A stretch of DNA of 64,000 nt from a virus. Location of the stretch: the IMG/VR virus record IMGVR_UViG_3300033075_001734, positions 51,692-115,691 of that record. One strand, written 5' to 3'. The translations under genes and the position numbers were made by a program. The notes beneath the pieces were generated by a model that saw nothing but the letters and a program-made list of their open reading frames with translations, was not told the DNA's origin and did not search any database. Of the stretch, positions 27,756 through 37,172 are shown in pieces (position 1 is the stretch's first letter; each line of letters starts with the position of its first letter).

Positions 27756-28127
27756 ATGAAATTAACATTACCTCAATTAAGAAAACTTGTCGAATCAACA
27801 GTAAAAGATGTCATGAAATCAAAGAGATCTTTGAGAGAAACTTTCGGCGATGAAACCGATGATCCAAATCATCCAATGCATGATTACGAATCAAACCTAG
27901 AAGGACAAGAATGTCCTGATTGTGGTGGAACAAATACTGTTTCGAATGAAAGCGTTCCATCGATGATGGGTTATGGAACTGATGATTCGTCTCATTGTAA
28001 TGATTGTGATTCTGATTTTTCATTTGATCCATTTTCAGGTCGTCCAAATTCTTCAAAAACAGGCGGTATGAAAGCATCTCTTGATCGTCACGTTAAAGAA
28101 TCAAGAATGAGAACACGTAGACGCTAA
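27756..28127 (+). CDS. zinc-ribbon protein with conserved N- and C-terminal cassettes
   Basis: MKLTLPQLRKLVESTVKDVMKSK...CPDCGG...CNDCDS...TGGMKASLDRHVKESRMRTRRR. Confidence 0.45.
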   Translation: MKLTLPQLRKLVESTVKDVMKSKRSLRETFGDETDDPNHPMHDYESNLEGQECPDCGGTNTVSNESVPSMMGYGTDDSSHCNDCDSDFSFDPFSGRPNSSKTGGMKASLDRHVKESRMRTRRR

Positions 28128-28283
28128 ATGTTTTATCAATCAGCACCCATTGAATGGGTGCTGAATGGAAAAAATAGTTATTATGTGTGGTTCATATGAC
28201 GATGAATATGGTATTATATTGGGATAATACTGAAAAACAATGGATAAATTATACTTTTTAACAATTACGAAAGAATCAAGAAT

Positions 28284-28586
28284 ATGAAATTAACATTACC
28301 TCAATTAAGAAAACTTGTCGAATCAACAGTAAAAGATGTCATGAAATCAAAGAAGAAATCTTTGAGAGAGGATTTTAGTTTAGTAGATGTAACTTGTCCT
28401 GAATGCGATAGTTACAACGTTGGTTATTCTAACCAACCTGGCGTTTGTGAATGTGAAGATTGTGGTGCTGAGTTTGATTATGAAAATGAAGAATATGAAA
28501 ACGAAACTCATTCTGAAACAGGCGGTATGAAAGCATCTCTTGATCGTCACGTTAAAGAATCAAGAATGAGAACACGTAGACGCTAA
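28284..28586 (+). CDS. zinc-ribbon protein paralog (identical N- and C-terminal 22 aa, different core)
   Basis: Same termini as 27756-28127. Core CPECDS...CECEDCG. Confidence 0.45.
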   Translation: MKLTLPQLRKLVESTVKDVMKSKKKSLREDFSLVDVTCPECDSYNVGYSNQPGVCECEDCGAEFDYENEEYENETHSETGGMKASLDRHVKESRMRTRRR

Positions 28587-29378
28587 ATGTTTTATCAGTC
28601 GGCACCCGTTGTTGCTTCTGTTCAATTTGCACCTGAATTATTAAACGTGCAAAAGAATATGACTGTTGCGCTTCAAATGTGTTTTGAGGCTGCAGCAAAG
28701 GGTGCTCGTGTGATTGTTCTTCCTGAACTTTGTTTAAGTGGTTATGTTCTAAGAACACCTCGAGAAGCATTAGAGTGTGCTCAAGAAAAAGACGGGTATC
28801 AATCTGAGGCATTTATTCCGATTGCAAGACGATTTAATTGCCATATTGTTTTTGGGTATGTTGAACTTTGTGAAGGGAAACTTTATAACTCTGCTGTCGT
28901 CATTGGACCTAACGGTGTTGTCGGGAACTTCCAAAAACACAATGGATATGGCAGTGACTTTTTGTGGTTCACTGCATCTGAACAATATCCAGCACGAGTC
29001 GTAACTGACGTTGGTAGGTTAGGTGTTCTTATTTGTCGTGATGCAATGAATGAATATCGTCAAAGTTATAAGTTTAACCATGATGAAAAGTTTTATCGTA
29101 AAGGTGATATTGATGTTCTTGCTCTGCTAACAAATTGGGGGAATTCATATGGATTCCCAGATGCAACATGGGTTGAACTCGCAGAAGAACTTGATACAAA
29201 TGTCATTGTGTCAAATCGAATTGGAAAAGAACGTGATATGAAATGGAAAGGTGGATCTTGTATAATCACAAGAGATCTTAAAGTTCAGTCATATGGAAGT
29301 TCATTTACAGAACCCACTGTTGTGGGAGGAATAATTCATGAAATTAATGGATTTAAGTGGAAGTTTGTGAATAATTAA
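28587..29378 (+). CDS. carbon-nitrogen hydrolase (nitrilase superfamily)
   Basis: RVIVLPELCLSGY (catalytic Glu) and GVLICRDAMNE (catalytic Cys). Confidence 0.75.
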   Translation: MFYQSAPVVASVQFAPELLNVQKNMTVALQMCFEAAAKGARVIVLPELCLSGYVLRTPREALECAQEKDGYQSEAFIPIARRFNCHIVFGYVELCEGKLYNSAVVIGPNGVVGNFQKHNGYGSDFLWFTASEQYPARVVTDVGRLGVLICRDAMNEYRQSYKFNHDEKFYRKGDIDVLALLTNWGNSYGFPDATWVELAEELDTNVIVSNRIGKERDMKWKGGSCIITRDLKVQSYGSSFTEPTVVGGIIHEINGFKWKFVNN

Positions 29379-29399
29379 AATTACGAAAGAATCAAGAAT

Positions 29400-29755
29400 A
29401 TGAAATTAACGTTGCCTTAATTAAGAAAACTTGTCGAATCAACAGTAAAAGACGTCATGAAATCAAAGAAGAAATCTTTGAGAAAATCAAAGAAAGTTGT
29501 ATGTCCTGAATGTGGAAGTGATGAAATTGAATTTGACTTAATAGATGTGAAAAATAAACGTGAATTTAATGAATGTCAAGATTGTGGAACTGAATTTGTT
29601 GATAGTAAAGATGATGGATCTGTTTACACGTGAATGATGACTACCTGAACGATGATCTCTCTGCATGTCCTGAATGTGGAAGTGAAGATGTAGATTTAGA
29701 TGCTACACAACATTCAAAATTTATCGTTTGTAATGATTGTGGAAATGAATATTAA
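29400..29755 (+). pseudogene. degenerate third copy of the MKLTLPQLRKLVESTVKDVMKSK zinc-ribbon gene
   Basis: Same 5' cassette, but codon 7 is TAA (CAA>TAA). Two zinc-ribbon modules follow, separated by TGA and a frame change (29631-29633). Confidence 0.45.
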
Positions 29756-30592
29756 ATGAACTTTGCATTACTTAAAAAATACATTCAGTTTGTTGTTAAT
29801 GAATCTTTGTTCAGAAAAACTTTTACAAAGATAACGCCCGAAGATCAAAGATCACCTGATGATATCAAACGAAATGCAAAACCCAATACGTGGCGTGATA
29901 ATCGTGAAGATGCATTTGATGATAATATTGATGAAATGATTAAACAACCTGAATTCAAAGACGTTGATTCATTTGTCAATTATAAACTTGATAATGAAGA
30001 ATTTGAATTTTCAACGCAAGAGCTTCAGGCACTTGTACATAACACAGAAAAAAAACGTTTAGGATATAATGTAAGTTCAGTATCTTCAGGCGCAACATCA
30101 AATTTAAGATCAATTCTTGTTAATGACTATGGATTTAAGTTTGTTCCAAGAGCGCCTGTAAAATTTTCTCGAGGTGGAATGGCTTCTTCACATGGTACTA
30201 ATCCTTATGCAGGTATGGGCGGCGGTGGTTCAGGTGCAGGAAGTGAAATGTCAAAACATGTCGGCGGGTTTCATGGAATGGGCGGCGGACCAGGTGCTAT
30301 GGGTGGGGGTTATAACTGGGACAAAGATGATAAACGAAATTTGCCCATGGGCGCAGCAAAGAAAAAATTAAAAGAATCATATCAATTTAAGAATGCAGAT
30401 GAATTAATTGACAACGTACTAAAACATTGGAAACAGATTTCCAATACACCTAAAAGTAGAATTTTTAATGATTCAGGATGGCCAGAAATTGTAGGAAAGT
30501 ATTTACAAGAATGTGGAATCAATGAAGATGATTTTTTTTCTGCCTGGGAAAAAAGATTTGGCACACATCCAGGATTTATTTCTGATGAATAA
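29756..30592 (+). CDS. Gly-rich protein with a capsid-targeting-like N-terminus
   Basis: N-terminus MNFALLKKYIQFVVNESL and a GMGGGGSGAG...GMGGGPGAMGGG stretch. Confidence 0.4.
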   Translation: MNFALLKKYIQFVVNESLFRKTFTKITPEDQRSPDDIKRNAKPNTWRDNREDAFDDNIDEMIKQPEFKDVDSFVNYKLDNEEFEFSTQELQALVHNTEKKRLGYNVSSVSSGATSNLRSILVNDYGFKFVPRAPVKFSRGGMASSHGTNPYAGMGGGGSGAGSEMSKHVGGFHGMGGGPGAMGGGYNWDKDDKRNLPMGAAKKKLKESYQFKNADELIDNVLKHWKQISNTPKSRIFNDSGWPEIVGKYLQECGINEDDFFSAWEKRFGTHPGFISDE

Positions 30593-30593
30593 T

Positions 30594-30977
30594 ATGAATC
30601 TTAAAAAACTACACGAACAATTTATTAATAATGCGAATCGTCAAATGACGTTTGACAATTTACCTGTTAATGTAAAAAAACAGAATACACCCATTGTTGT
30701 CACGAACAAGTGGGAAGTCAATGAAAAAGTTCTTTCAAAAACATTTCAGTTTCAACGTAAAGGCGATAAAGACAAATTTGTTATTGCGTTACTTGAATAT
30801 GAAGCAGAAACAGAACACAACGCGATCATTACAATAAATGGTGAAAATGTAACGCTTGAATTATTCACAAAAGATCTTGATAAAGTTACAGAAATCGATA
30901 AAACATATGCTAAATTTGCAGATGTCCTTTTCAAGGACATAGTGTATAATCCTGGATATGAGCAATTTAAATTCTAA
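30594..30977 (+). CDS. hypothetical protein
   Basis: Starts at MNLKKLHEQF. The track ORF 30513-30977 overlaps the upstream gene. Confidence 0.35.
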   Translation: MNLKKLHEQFINNANRQMTFDNLPVNVKKQNTPIVVTNKWEVNEKVLSKTFQFQRKGDKDKFVIALLEYEAETEHNAIITINGENVTLELFTKDLDKVTEIDKTYAKFADVLFKDIVYNPGYEQFKF

Positions 30978-31347
30978 TAATCAGATTATGATGAGTGATT
31001 CACTGAAGAGTCAAGTTGGTGACATTGATTCACAAATGATGGATCAATTGAACGATCAATATGTTCATGTTATTGCTGATAGAACAATTGGCGGTCATCA
31101 AGAACCTTTAATAGGTTTGTTACGAAGTATATTATTAGACGTCGAACCAGAAATTGAATTTAAAGTTGAGCTTTTCGAAGCAATGAAAACCATTAAATCA
31201 AACGATCTTGGTTTTTTGAAATTTGAACTTCACCATGGTGAAGACATTGTAACAATCCCAGGACCTTTTAAAGTAAAAGCTGCACGAATTCAAGACATTG
31301 AACCAAAAACGCAAATGTGTATTATAGCACTACATTTGCAACGTTAA
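30958..31347 (+). CDS. hypothetical protein
   Basis: ORF of 129 aa. Confidence 0.35.
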   Translation: MSNLNSNNQIMMSDSLKSQVGDIDSQMMDQLNDQYVHVIADRTIGGHQEPLIGLLRSILLDVEPEIEFKVELFEAMKTIKSNDLGFLKFELHHGEDIVTIPGPFKVKAARIQDIEPKTQMCIIALHLQR

Positions 31348-31382
31348 AGTTTAGATAAGAACCTATCTATAAAAGGTGTAAT

Positions 31383-31664
31383 ATGTCAAATTTTGATAAT
31401 CAAGACGACGTTTGTCAATCGTGCGGCGCTGATGGTGAATTGCATGAAACAGATGAAGGCGAATATTTATGTGATGATTGTGGTTCTTATTCGGGCGATA
31501 AGGTTAATGAATCCAAAGAAGGAATATCATTTGACAAATTCATGGATAGAATTCTGTTAAGTGAAAATAATAGATCAAAAATGAAAGTCTCTGAAAATCC
31601 AAATAGAGCTCGTGCTGCAACACACCAAGACCGCCCACTTAACAGAATTCGTTACGGAAAATAA
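31383..31664 (+). CDS. small zinc-ribbon protein
   Basis: Motif CQSCG...CDDCG. Confidence 0.35.
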   Translation: MSNFDNQDDVCQSCGADGELHETDEGEYLCDDCGSYSGDKVNESKEGISFDKFMDRILLSENNRSKMKVSENPNRARAATHQDRPLNRIRYGK

Positions 31665-31668
31665 TCAT

Positions 31669-32277
31669 ATGACAAAAATTAAAACAGGATCAGGTCTTGC
31701 GTCATATCTTGACAGTGTTATTCAAGAAACAGTGAAATCATCATTGCAACAACGCGCTCTTAAGGAAAGAGAGAAACAAGATTCAACACAGGGTTCAAAA
31801 AAATCAAACAACTCTTCAGGCAATAACCAATCAAAAGTAGATGAAGATAATTCTGGGGACACTGTCGCGTCCAAGACAATGGACGATGAAACAGACAAAC
31901 TGAAAACCGGTGAATCAATTAAAGCTGATGATATTGTTTCTCGTTTAAATACAATTCGAGGCGGCCATTCATTTAAAGATGAGCATGTTGCAGCTGCAAT
32001 GGAAGAATACGTGGAAAGTTTGACAAACGCTGAAAAAACAGCGTTGTTAGCCTTTCTTAAGGGAATTTCACAGATTGTAACTGGCGAAATTTCGGGTGAT
32101 GATGCGACTGATCCCAAAACACATCCTGCAGATGTTAAAATGAAAAAAGACAATGAAATTTATCAGCAGAAAAAACACATCGATCCAAACGTTATTAAAA
32201 CCGCTCAGGATAAGAAACCTAAAAAAGATGGAAAAGAAGATACATCTGGTCCTGTTCCAATAACTCCAAAGAAATGA
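31669..32277 (+). CDS. hypothetical K/E-rich protein
   Basis: The internal Met MTKIKTG avoids overlap with the upstream ORF. Confidence 0.35.
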   Translation: MTKIKTGSGLASYLDSVIQETVKSSLQQRALKEREKQDSTQGSKKSNNSSGNNQSKVDEDNSGDTVASKTMDDETDKLKTGESIKADDIVSRLNTIRGGHSFKDEHVAAAMEEYVESLTNAEKTALLAFLKGISQIVTGEISGDDATDPKTHPADVKMKKDNEIYQQKKHIDPNVIKTAQDKKPKKDGKEDTSGPVPITPKK

Positions 32278-32280
32278 ATT

Positions 32281-32469
32281 ATGTTGAACAGCGAAATTAG
32301 AAAAATCAATCTTCCAAAAGGTGAAGTTCTTGAGGTTCAAACTTCAGAAGAATTTTATGTTCGAATAAGAAAACACTTTGGTTTAAAAATTAATGAATAT
32401 GTCAGTGATGACTATGTTCGAATGTTTATTTATGGTTCTGTCAAAACTGCGCTTGACAAAGTAGGTTAA
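32281..32469 (+). CDS. hypothetical protein
   Basis: ORF of 62 aa. Confidence 0.3.
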   Translation: MLNSEIRKINLPKGEVLEVQTSEEFYVRIRKHFGLKINEYVSDDYVRMFIYGSVKTALDKVG

Positions 32470-32470
32470 A

Positions 32471-32734
32471 ATGAATAAAGATATATTGGCACAATACATT
32501 AAACTTGTCGTTGAACAGCGTATACGTGAAGCCGATATATCTGATGGTACAAAAGTTGAACATGGTTCTGATAAACACATATCAGATCTTAAAATTCGAA
32601 TTGAAGATTTAATAAAATGGCGTGATAAACAACGTAAAGGTTCAGAAGCACGTGCAAATTACGCTCGATTAATAAATTCACTTAAAGCGCAATTGGCAAG
32701 TGCTCTTCGCGCCGCGGCAAAAAAGAAAAAATGA
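32471..32734 (+). CDS. small basic protein with a capsid-targeting-like N-terminus
   Basis: N-terminus MNKDILAQYIKLVVEQRIREA. Confidence 0.35.
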   Translation: MNKDILAQYIKLVVEQRIREADISDGTKVEHGSDKHISDLKIRIEDLIKWRDKQRKGSEARANYARLINSLKAQLASALRAAAKKKK

Positions 32735-34857
32735 ATAAACTTCACGAGGGAGGTGCTGCAGGTCATCTTCGTTATATTTCTGATAATCTTGCCCTCACCT
32801 TTGGTGAGATAAAAGAAGTAATTCAAAATTCGTGCGAAGGAAAACTTGAACGTGTCTCTGAAAAACTTGACGGAATTAATAACTGCTTTACATACGATAT
32901 TTCAACAAAACAGATAAAAGTTGCACGTACAGGCAATGACATTAAGAATGGTGGAATGGATGCTAAAGCGCTTGCAAAGAAATTTTTTGGTCGTGGCAAC
33001 GTAGAAGAAGCATTTAACAAATCATTTAAAGTTCTTGAAGATTCAATGAATGGACTTACGCTTGCCCAACAGAGAAAAATCTTTGGTCCTCGTGCAAATA
33101 AATGGTATTCAATGGAAATCATATATGCTGCGTCTCCAAATACCGTGAGTTACGATAGTAATAATATTGTGTTTCACGGGTGGCCGATATTTGAAATTAA
33201 GTCTAACGGATCTGTTGAACAAATAGACGACGATTCTGGCGTGGGGATTTTATCAAAAAATATAAATCAGATGCAAAAAGCAGTGAGCATGAAAGATTGG
33301 CAAGTTCGCGGTCCGTCTTTGCTTTCACTTAAGAAAATATCTGATGGTTCGTTGGTGTCATCATTGTTATCTGATCTTGATCAGATCATGCAAGAAGGTA
33401 ACGTTACCGAAAATGATTCAATGTATGAATATCTTCGCAACATGTTGAGTGAAAGCGTCGCCAATTTAGGATTACCAAGAAAAATTTCAAACCTCGTTAT
33501 TTCTCGTGCAATTGAAGAACCAGGTTCACCGGGACTCCCTGAGATTAAAAAAATAGCACCTAAAGAATATCATTCAACGATATCACAATTCATTAAAGAT
33601 TCAGAAGCGTTGAAAAAACAATTCATGATTCCAATTGAGAAACTTTTAAATCAATTGGCTCTTGAAGTTTTAAGAGGTTTACATTCAACACTAATAGATG
33701 ATTCAGATGCTGAAGTTCGAAGAATTAAATCACAATTAACTAAAGCAATAAGCGCAATAAATTCAAGTGGTAATGATGTTGCTATGAACATATTACAAAC
33801 TGAATTACAACGACTAGGAAATATTGAAAATGTTGTTGCTGCAATGGAAGGCATTGTGTTTTTCTTTAAAGGGCAAGCGTATAAATTTACGGGAAATTTT
33901 GCTCCCGCACATCAAATTTTGAGTTTGTTCAAATATGGACGAAAAGGAGTTCCACCAATGAGTATGGGTGAAGCCCTATTGTCACGTTCAATTGAACAAT
34001 TATTGAATGAAGGTGGGCATGCTTTTTCTAATGTTTTACCCATTTCACTCGAAGACTTTAGAGTAACGTGGCCTCATATTTTAGATGACTTAAGAACATT
34101 AGGTTGCACAAAAATTGAACCCATAGGAAGTACTGGCAAAAAACAAATAATGGGTGACATTGACATTGCAGCTGAATTTCCCGGAACAACATCTGAATTA
34201 TTTGAATTGGCGTCTGACATGTTTGGAATCAATTCTGTGCGTAAAGTAGGCGGAAACACCGTAACGATAAGTTATCCAGTTTATGTTGCAAAAGGTGGAC
34301 AAACAGGTAATCACGTTCAAGTCGATGTAATGTTAGGAAAAGTAAGTTATTTATCTTGGTCACGTTTTGGTACATCTCCTCATGAAGAGCATATTGATTA
34401 TTCTCCGTTGAAGGGTGTGGCACGAAATATACTTTTAGGCGTCGTTAGTCGATATTTATCAAAACAACAATTTGATACAAACGATTTAGACAGAACGCGA
34501 TACAATATTGATTTTGACAACGGATTGTATAAAGTTGTTCAAACTCGTCGTAATAAAACGTCAACAAAACCACCGACAAAAAATTGGCGAATTTTATCAA
34601 GAGAATTGTTATCTGATGACCCTGATTTGATATCACAAGCCATATTCGGTCAAAATTTTAAAGCAAATGATTTAAGAAAATTTGAAGATGTTGTCAGGGT
34701 GATTAAAACATCTCCAAAAACAAAAACGTTGGCGACTGAAATTTTGAATTCATTTAATGACGAAATTAAAGATATTGTACTTAAAATGCCACACGTACTA
34801 GGCGATAACCTTGAACGCTCTTTATCATACATAGAAACTGTAATCAATAATAATTAA
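32731..34857 (+). CDS. large protein with nucleotidyltransferase-like motifs
   Basis: Contains EKLDGIN (KxDG-like) and IGSTGKKQIMGDIDIA, a Pol-beta-superfamily GS-x9-DxD motif. Confidence 0.4.
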   Translation: MNKLHEGGAAGHLRYISDNLALTFGEIKEVIQNSCEGKLERVSEKLDGINNCFTYDISTKQIKVARTGNDIKNGGMDAKALAKKFFGRGNVEEAFNKSFKVLEDSMNGLTLAQQRKIFGPRANKWYSMEIIYAASPNTVSYDSNNIVFHGWPIFEIKSNGSVEQIDDDSGVGILSKNINQMQKAVSMKDWQVRGPSLLSLKKISDGSLVSSLLSDLDQIMQEGNVTENDSMYEYLRNMLSESVANLGLPRKISNLVISRAIEEPGSPGLPEIKKIAPKEYHSTISQFIKDSEALKKQFMIPIEKLLNQLALEVLRGLHSTLIDDSDAEVRRIKSQLTKAISAINSSGNDVAMNILQTELQRLGNIENVVAAMEGIVFFFKGQAYKFTGNFAPAHQILSLFKYGRKGVPPMSMGEALLSRSIEQLLNEGGHAFSNVLPISLEDFRVTWPHILDDLRTLGCTKIEPIGSTGKKQIMGDIDIAAEFPGTTSELFELASDMFGINSVRKVGGNTVTISYPVYVAKGGQTGNHVQVDVMLGKVSYLSWSRFGTSPHEEHIDYSPLKGVARNILLGVVSRYLSKQQFDTNDLDRTRYNIDFDNGLYKVVQTRRNKTSTKPPTKNWRILSRELLSDDPDLISQAIFGQNFKANDLRKFEDVVRVIKTSPKTKTLATEILNSFNDEIKDIVLKMPHVLGDNLERSLSYIETVINNN

Positions 34858-34861
34858 AATC

Positions 34862-35782
34862 ATGTCAAATAATCTTAAAATACTTCTATCTGAATTTGTT
34901 AAACATGTTATTGCTGAAGGAAAAGGTCTTGATATGTCAGGGAATTGGGTTTCTTGGCCCCCTGCGTCAAAACGTATTAGTTATCAACCTACAATAAAAG
35001 GTGTTGGTCCCGGTGAAGAACGTTTGGCAAAAATGATGAATGGACAAGTTATGGGAGGCGGCGTATCACATGATATCGAAGGTCCAGATGGTTCATCTTG
35101 GGAAGTTAAAGAACCTGTCGGCGGAAAAATTCGTGCTGGTATTGAAGGAACTACAGCTTCGATAAAAATGAGAACTGAAATTGACAATGTGGTCAACATA
35201 ATTGTGAATGCATATTCTGGATCTAGAACAAAACAAGGATTTAAGTCGTTGTTTCGTAAACAACAACTTGATTTAATCAGACACTTCATTGTCAATGAAG
35301 TTCCGATGATCAGAAAAGCAGAAATTTCTGGTGGACGAATGATGTTAATGTTGGACGTTCTTAATCTAATTAATCAAGCAATATACGGCAATAACGCTCT
35401 AGATTCTACGGAAAATTCGATTGAAAATGATGAACAAAAGTTCGTTGAACTTGGTGATGAAAAGAAAACCGTAAAAAAAGATATTGATACAGCAACATTT
35501 GTTAAAATTGGTCAGGAGCTTGGATTACCAAATGAAGAATTGAATATCACAGAAAAAGATATTTTTAAATCAATATTTTCAAATATGGCGTTTACTGACC
35601 CAGACAAATGGTTTAAAATGTATTGGACAAAAGGTGCTTCTGCGTCAGATGTTTTTGGTCATTGTACAGGTGTTATATTGGTTTCAGAAGATGGATACAA
35701 AGTTGTTAATCACAATCGATTAAATCGTGAAATTGTCTTTTTCTCTATAAGTCAATCAAGAACACAGTTCAAAGTTTCTTAA
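34862..35782 (+). CDS. hypothetical protein with a capsid-targeting-like N-terminus
   Basis: N-terminus MSNNLKILLSEFVKHVIAEG. Confidence 0.4.
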   Translation: MSNNLKILLSEFVKHVIAEGKGLDMSGNWVSWPPASKRISYQPTIKGVGPGEERLAKMMNGQVMGGGVSHDIEGPDGSSWEVKEPVGGKIRAGIEGTTASIKMRTEIDNVVNIIVNAYSGSRTKQGFKSLFRKQQLDLIRHFIVNEVPMIRKAEISGGRMMLMLDVLNLINQAIYGNNALDSTENSIENDEQKFVELGDEKKTVKKDIDTATFVKIGQELGLPNEELNITEKDIFKSIFSNMAFTDPDKWFKMYWTKGASASDVFGHCTGVILVSEDGYKVVNHNRLNREIVFFSISQSRTQFKVS

Positions 35783-36395
35783 TTGTTAAAAGAACATATT
35801 CTCTTATTAATGATTCTAATTTTGGTTTCGCCCATTTAGGAGTTTTGATTTTTATTTCCTTTTCAACGGGTTTAGTTGATGTCAGAGTGTTCCAATATTT
35901 GTTTCCGTCAATGTTTTTAGGCAAGAATTTTTTAAATGATTCTTTATCGTTATTCAATAGAAATTGACGCATTTTTGTTCCACTGACGTTAACCGTTGAT
36001 GTTCGTTCAACACCACGTGTTATAACTTTTCCATTATCATATAAGTTTTTTGCATATTTCTGTAATGATTTGTCTGAAAAATTTTCTGCTGCGTCAACTG
36101 GATCAGAATATATTGTGAAATTGTCTTGTGAATTTGATTCACTTGCTGTGCCAATTTCTAAGTAAACATTTCGTACAGGTGATCCACCGTATATTATTTT
36201 TACGTTCGAAGGTAGAATGTCTTCAATTTGATCTTTCCAAATTGTTTGCATTGCTTTTCCACTTATAATATCTCTGTCACTTAATGACACAAATAATTTC
36301 ACAATATCATTTTCTTTTGCAGCGATCTGTATTAGTCCAAAGTGTCCTGCATGAAATGGCTTCGCAGCCATTGGAATTAATCCTATTGTTGTCAT
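35769..36395 (-). CDS. HxGH-motif nucleotidyltransferase (cytidylyl-/adenylyltransferase-like)
   Basis: N-terminal PMAAKPFHAGHFGLI is the (T/H)xGH motif of Rossmann-like nucleotidylyltransferases. Confidence 0.5.
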   Translation of the reverse strand: MTTIGLIPMAAKPFHAGHFGLIQIAAKENDIVKLFVSLSDRDIISGKAMQTIWKDQIEDILPSNVKIIYGGSPVRNVYLEIGTASESNSQDNFTIYSDPVDAAENFSDKSLQKYAKNLYDNGKVITRGVERTSTVNVSGTKMRQFLLNNDKESFKKFLPKNIDGNKYWNTLTSTKPVEKEIKIKTPKWAKPKLESLIREYVLLTIKKL

Positions 36396-36399
36396 ATTC

Positions 36400-36906
36400 G
36401 TGTCAATCCTAACATTGTCGTGGTATAATAATTACAATATGATGGGTAAAAAATATTCAAATGAAGAGATTATTTCTTGTGGTGCAATAACTTGGCGTTT
36501 AAAACAAGGATTGATTGAAATTCTTCTTATAAAACAATTTCATGATAAGGAACTTTGGGGAATTCCTAAGGGACATATCAACAAGGAAGAATCAATTGAT
36601 ACATGTGCTATACGAGAAGTATTTGAAGAAACTGGTGTGTTAGTTGAATTAGGAGTGAGATTAAGTGATTGTTTAATACGACAAAAAGTTAAGCAGAAAA
36701 AAGTTATATCATTTTTAGCTATACCGTTAAGTCATGATGAACCAAATCACAATGGTTATGATAGTGAAGTTGCTGATGCAAAGTGGTTCAATATTAAAAA
36801 TTTGCCAAATTTAGTTTCATATCAGCAAGTTTTAATTAAAGAAGCTTGCGATTTAATTGCAATTCATGTTATGAAATTATCAGATCACATAAAATTAATG
36901 AAATGA
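36400..36906 (+). CDS. Nudix hydrolase
   Basis: Nudix box GIPKGHINKEESIDTCAIREVFEETGV. Confidence 0.7.
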   Translation: MSILTLSWYNNYNMMGKKYSNEEIISCGAITWRLKQGLIEILLIKQFHDKELWGIPKGHINKEESIDTCAIREVFEETGVLVELGVRLSDCLIRQKVKQKKVISFLAIPLSHDEPNHNGYDSEVADAKWFNIKNLPNLVSYQQVLIKEACDLIAIHVMKLSDHIKLMK

Positions 36907-37172
36907 GTATTGAACAAGACACAGCGACACGTATTCTTGATGCACTGAATTATGTATATTCGTATGCTGACGGTGTTGATGATTGGATTACAATAAAAAA
37001 GGAACTTTTAAAAATCTTGACTGCAAAAGATAGAACGTTATTTTCTACTAGACACCCCATAACAAAAAAACAACAAACAAATGACTTTGAAAGATCTGTT
37101 GCTAAACGATGGTCAATATTAACTGGTCGTTCTGTTATATTTAGTACAAATGAACAACAAGAAATTGAATGA
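36903..37172 (+). CDS. hypothetical protein
   Basis: Internal start MSIEQD within track ORF 36846-37172. Confidence 0.3.
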   Translation: MSIEQDTATRILDALNYVYSYADGVDDWITIKKELLKILTAKDRTLFSTRHPITKKQQTNDFERSVAKRWSILTGRSVIFSTNEQQEIE

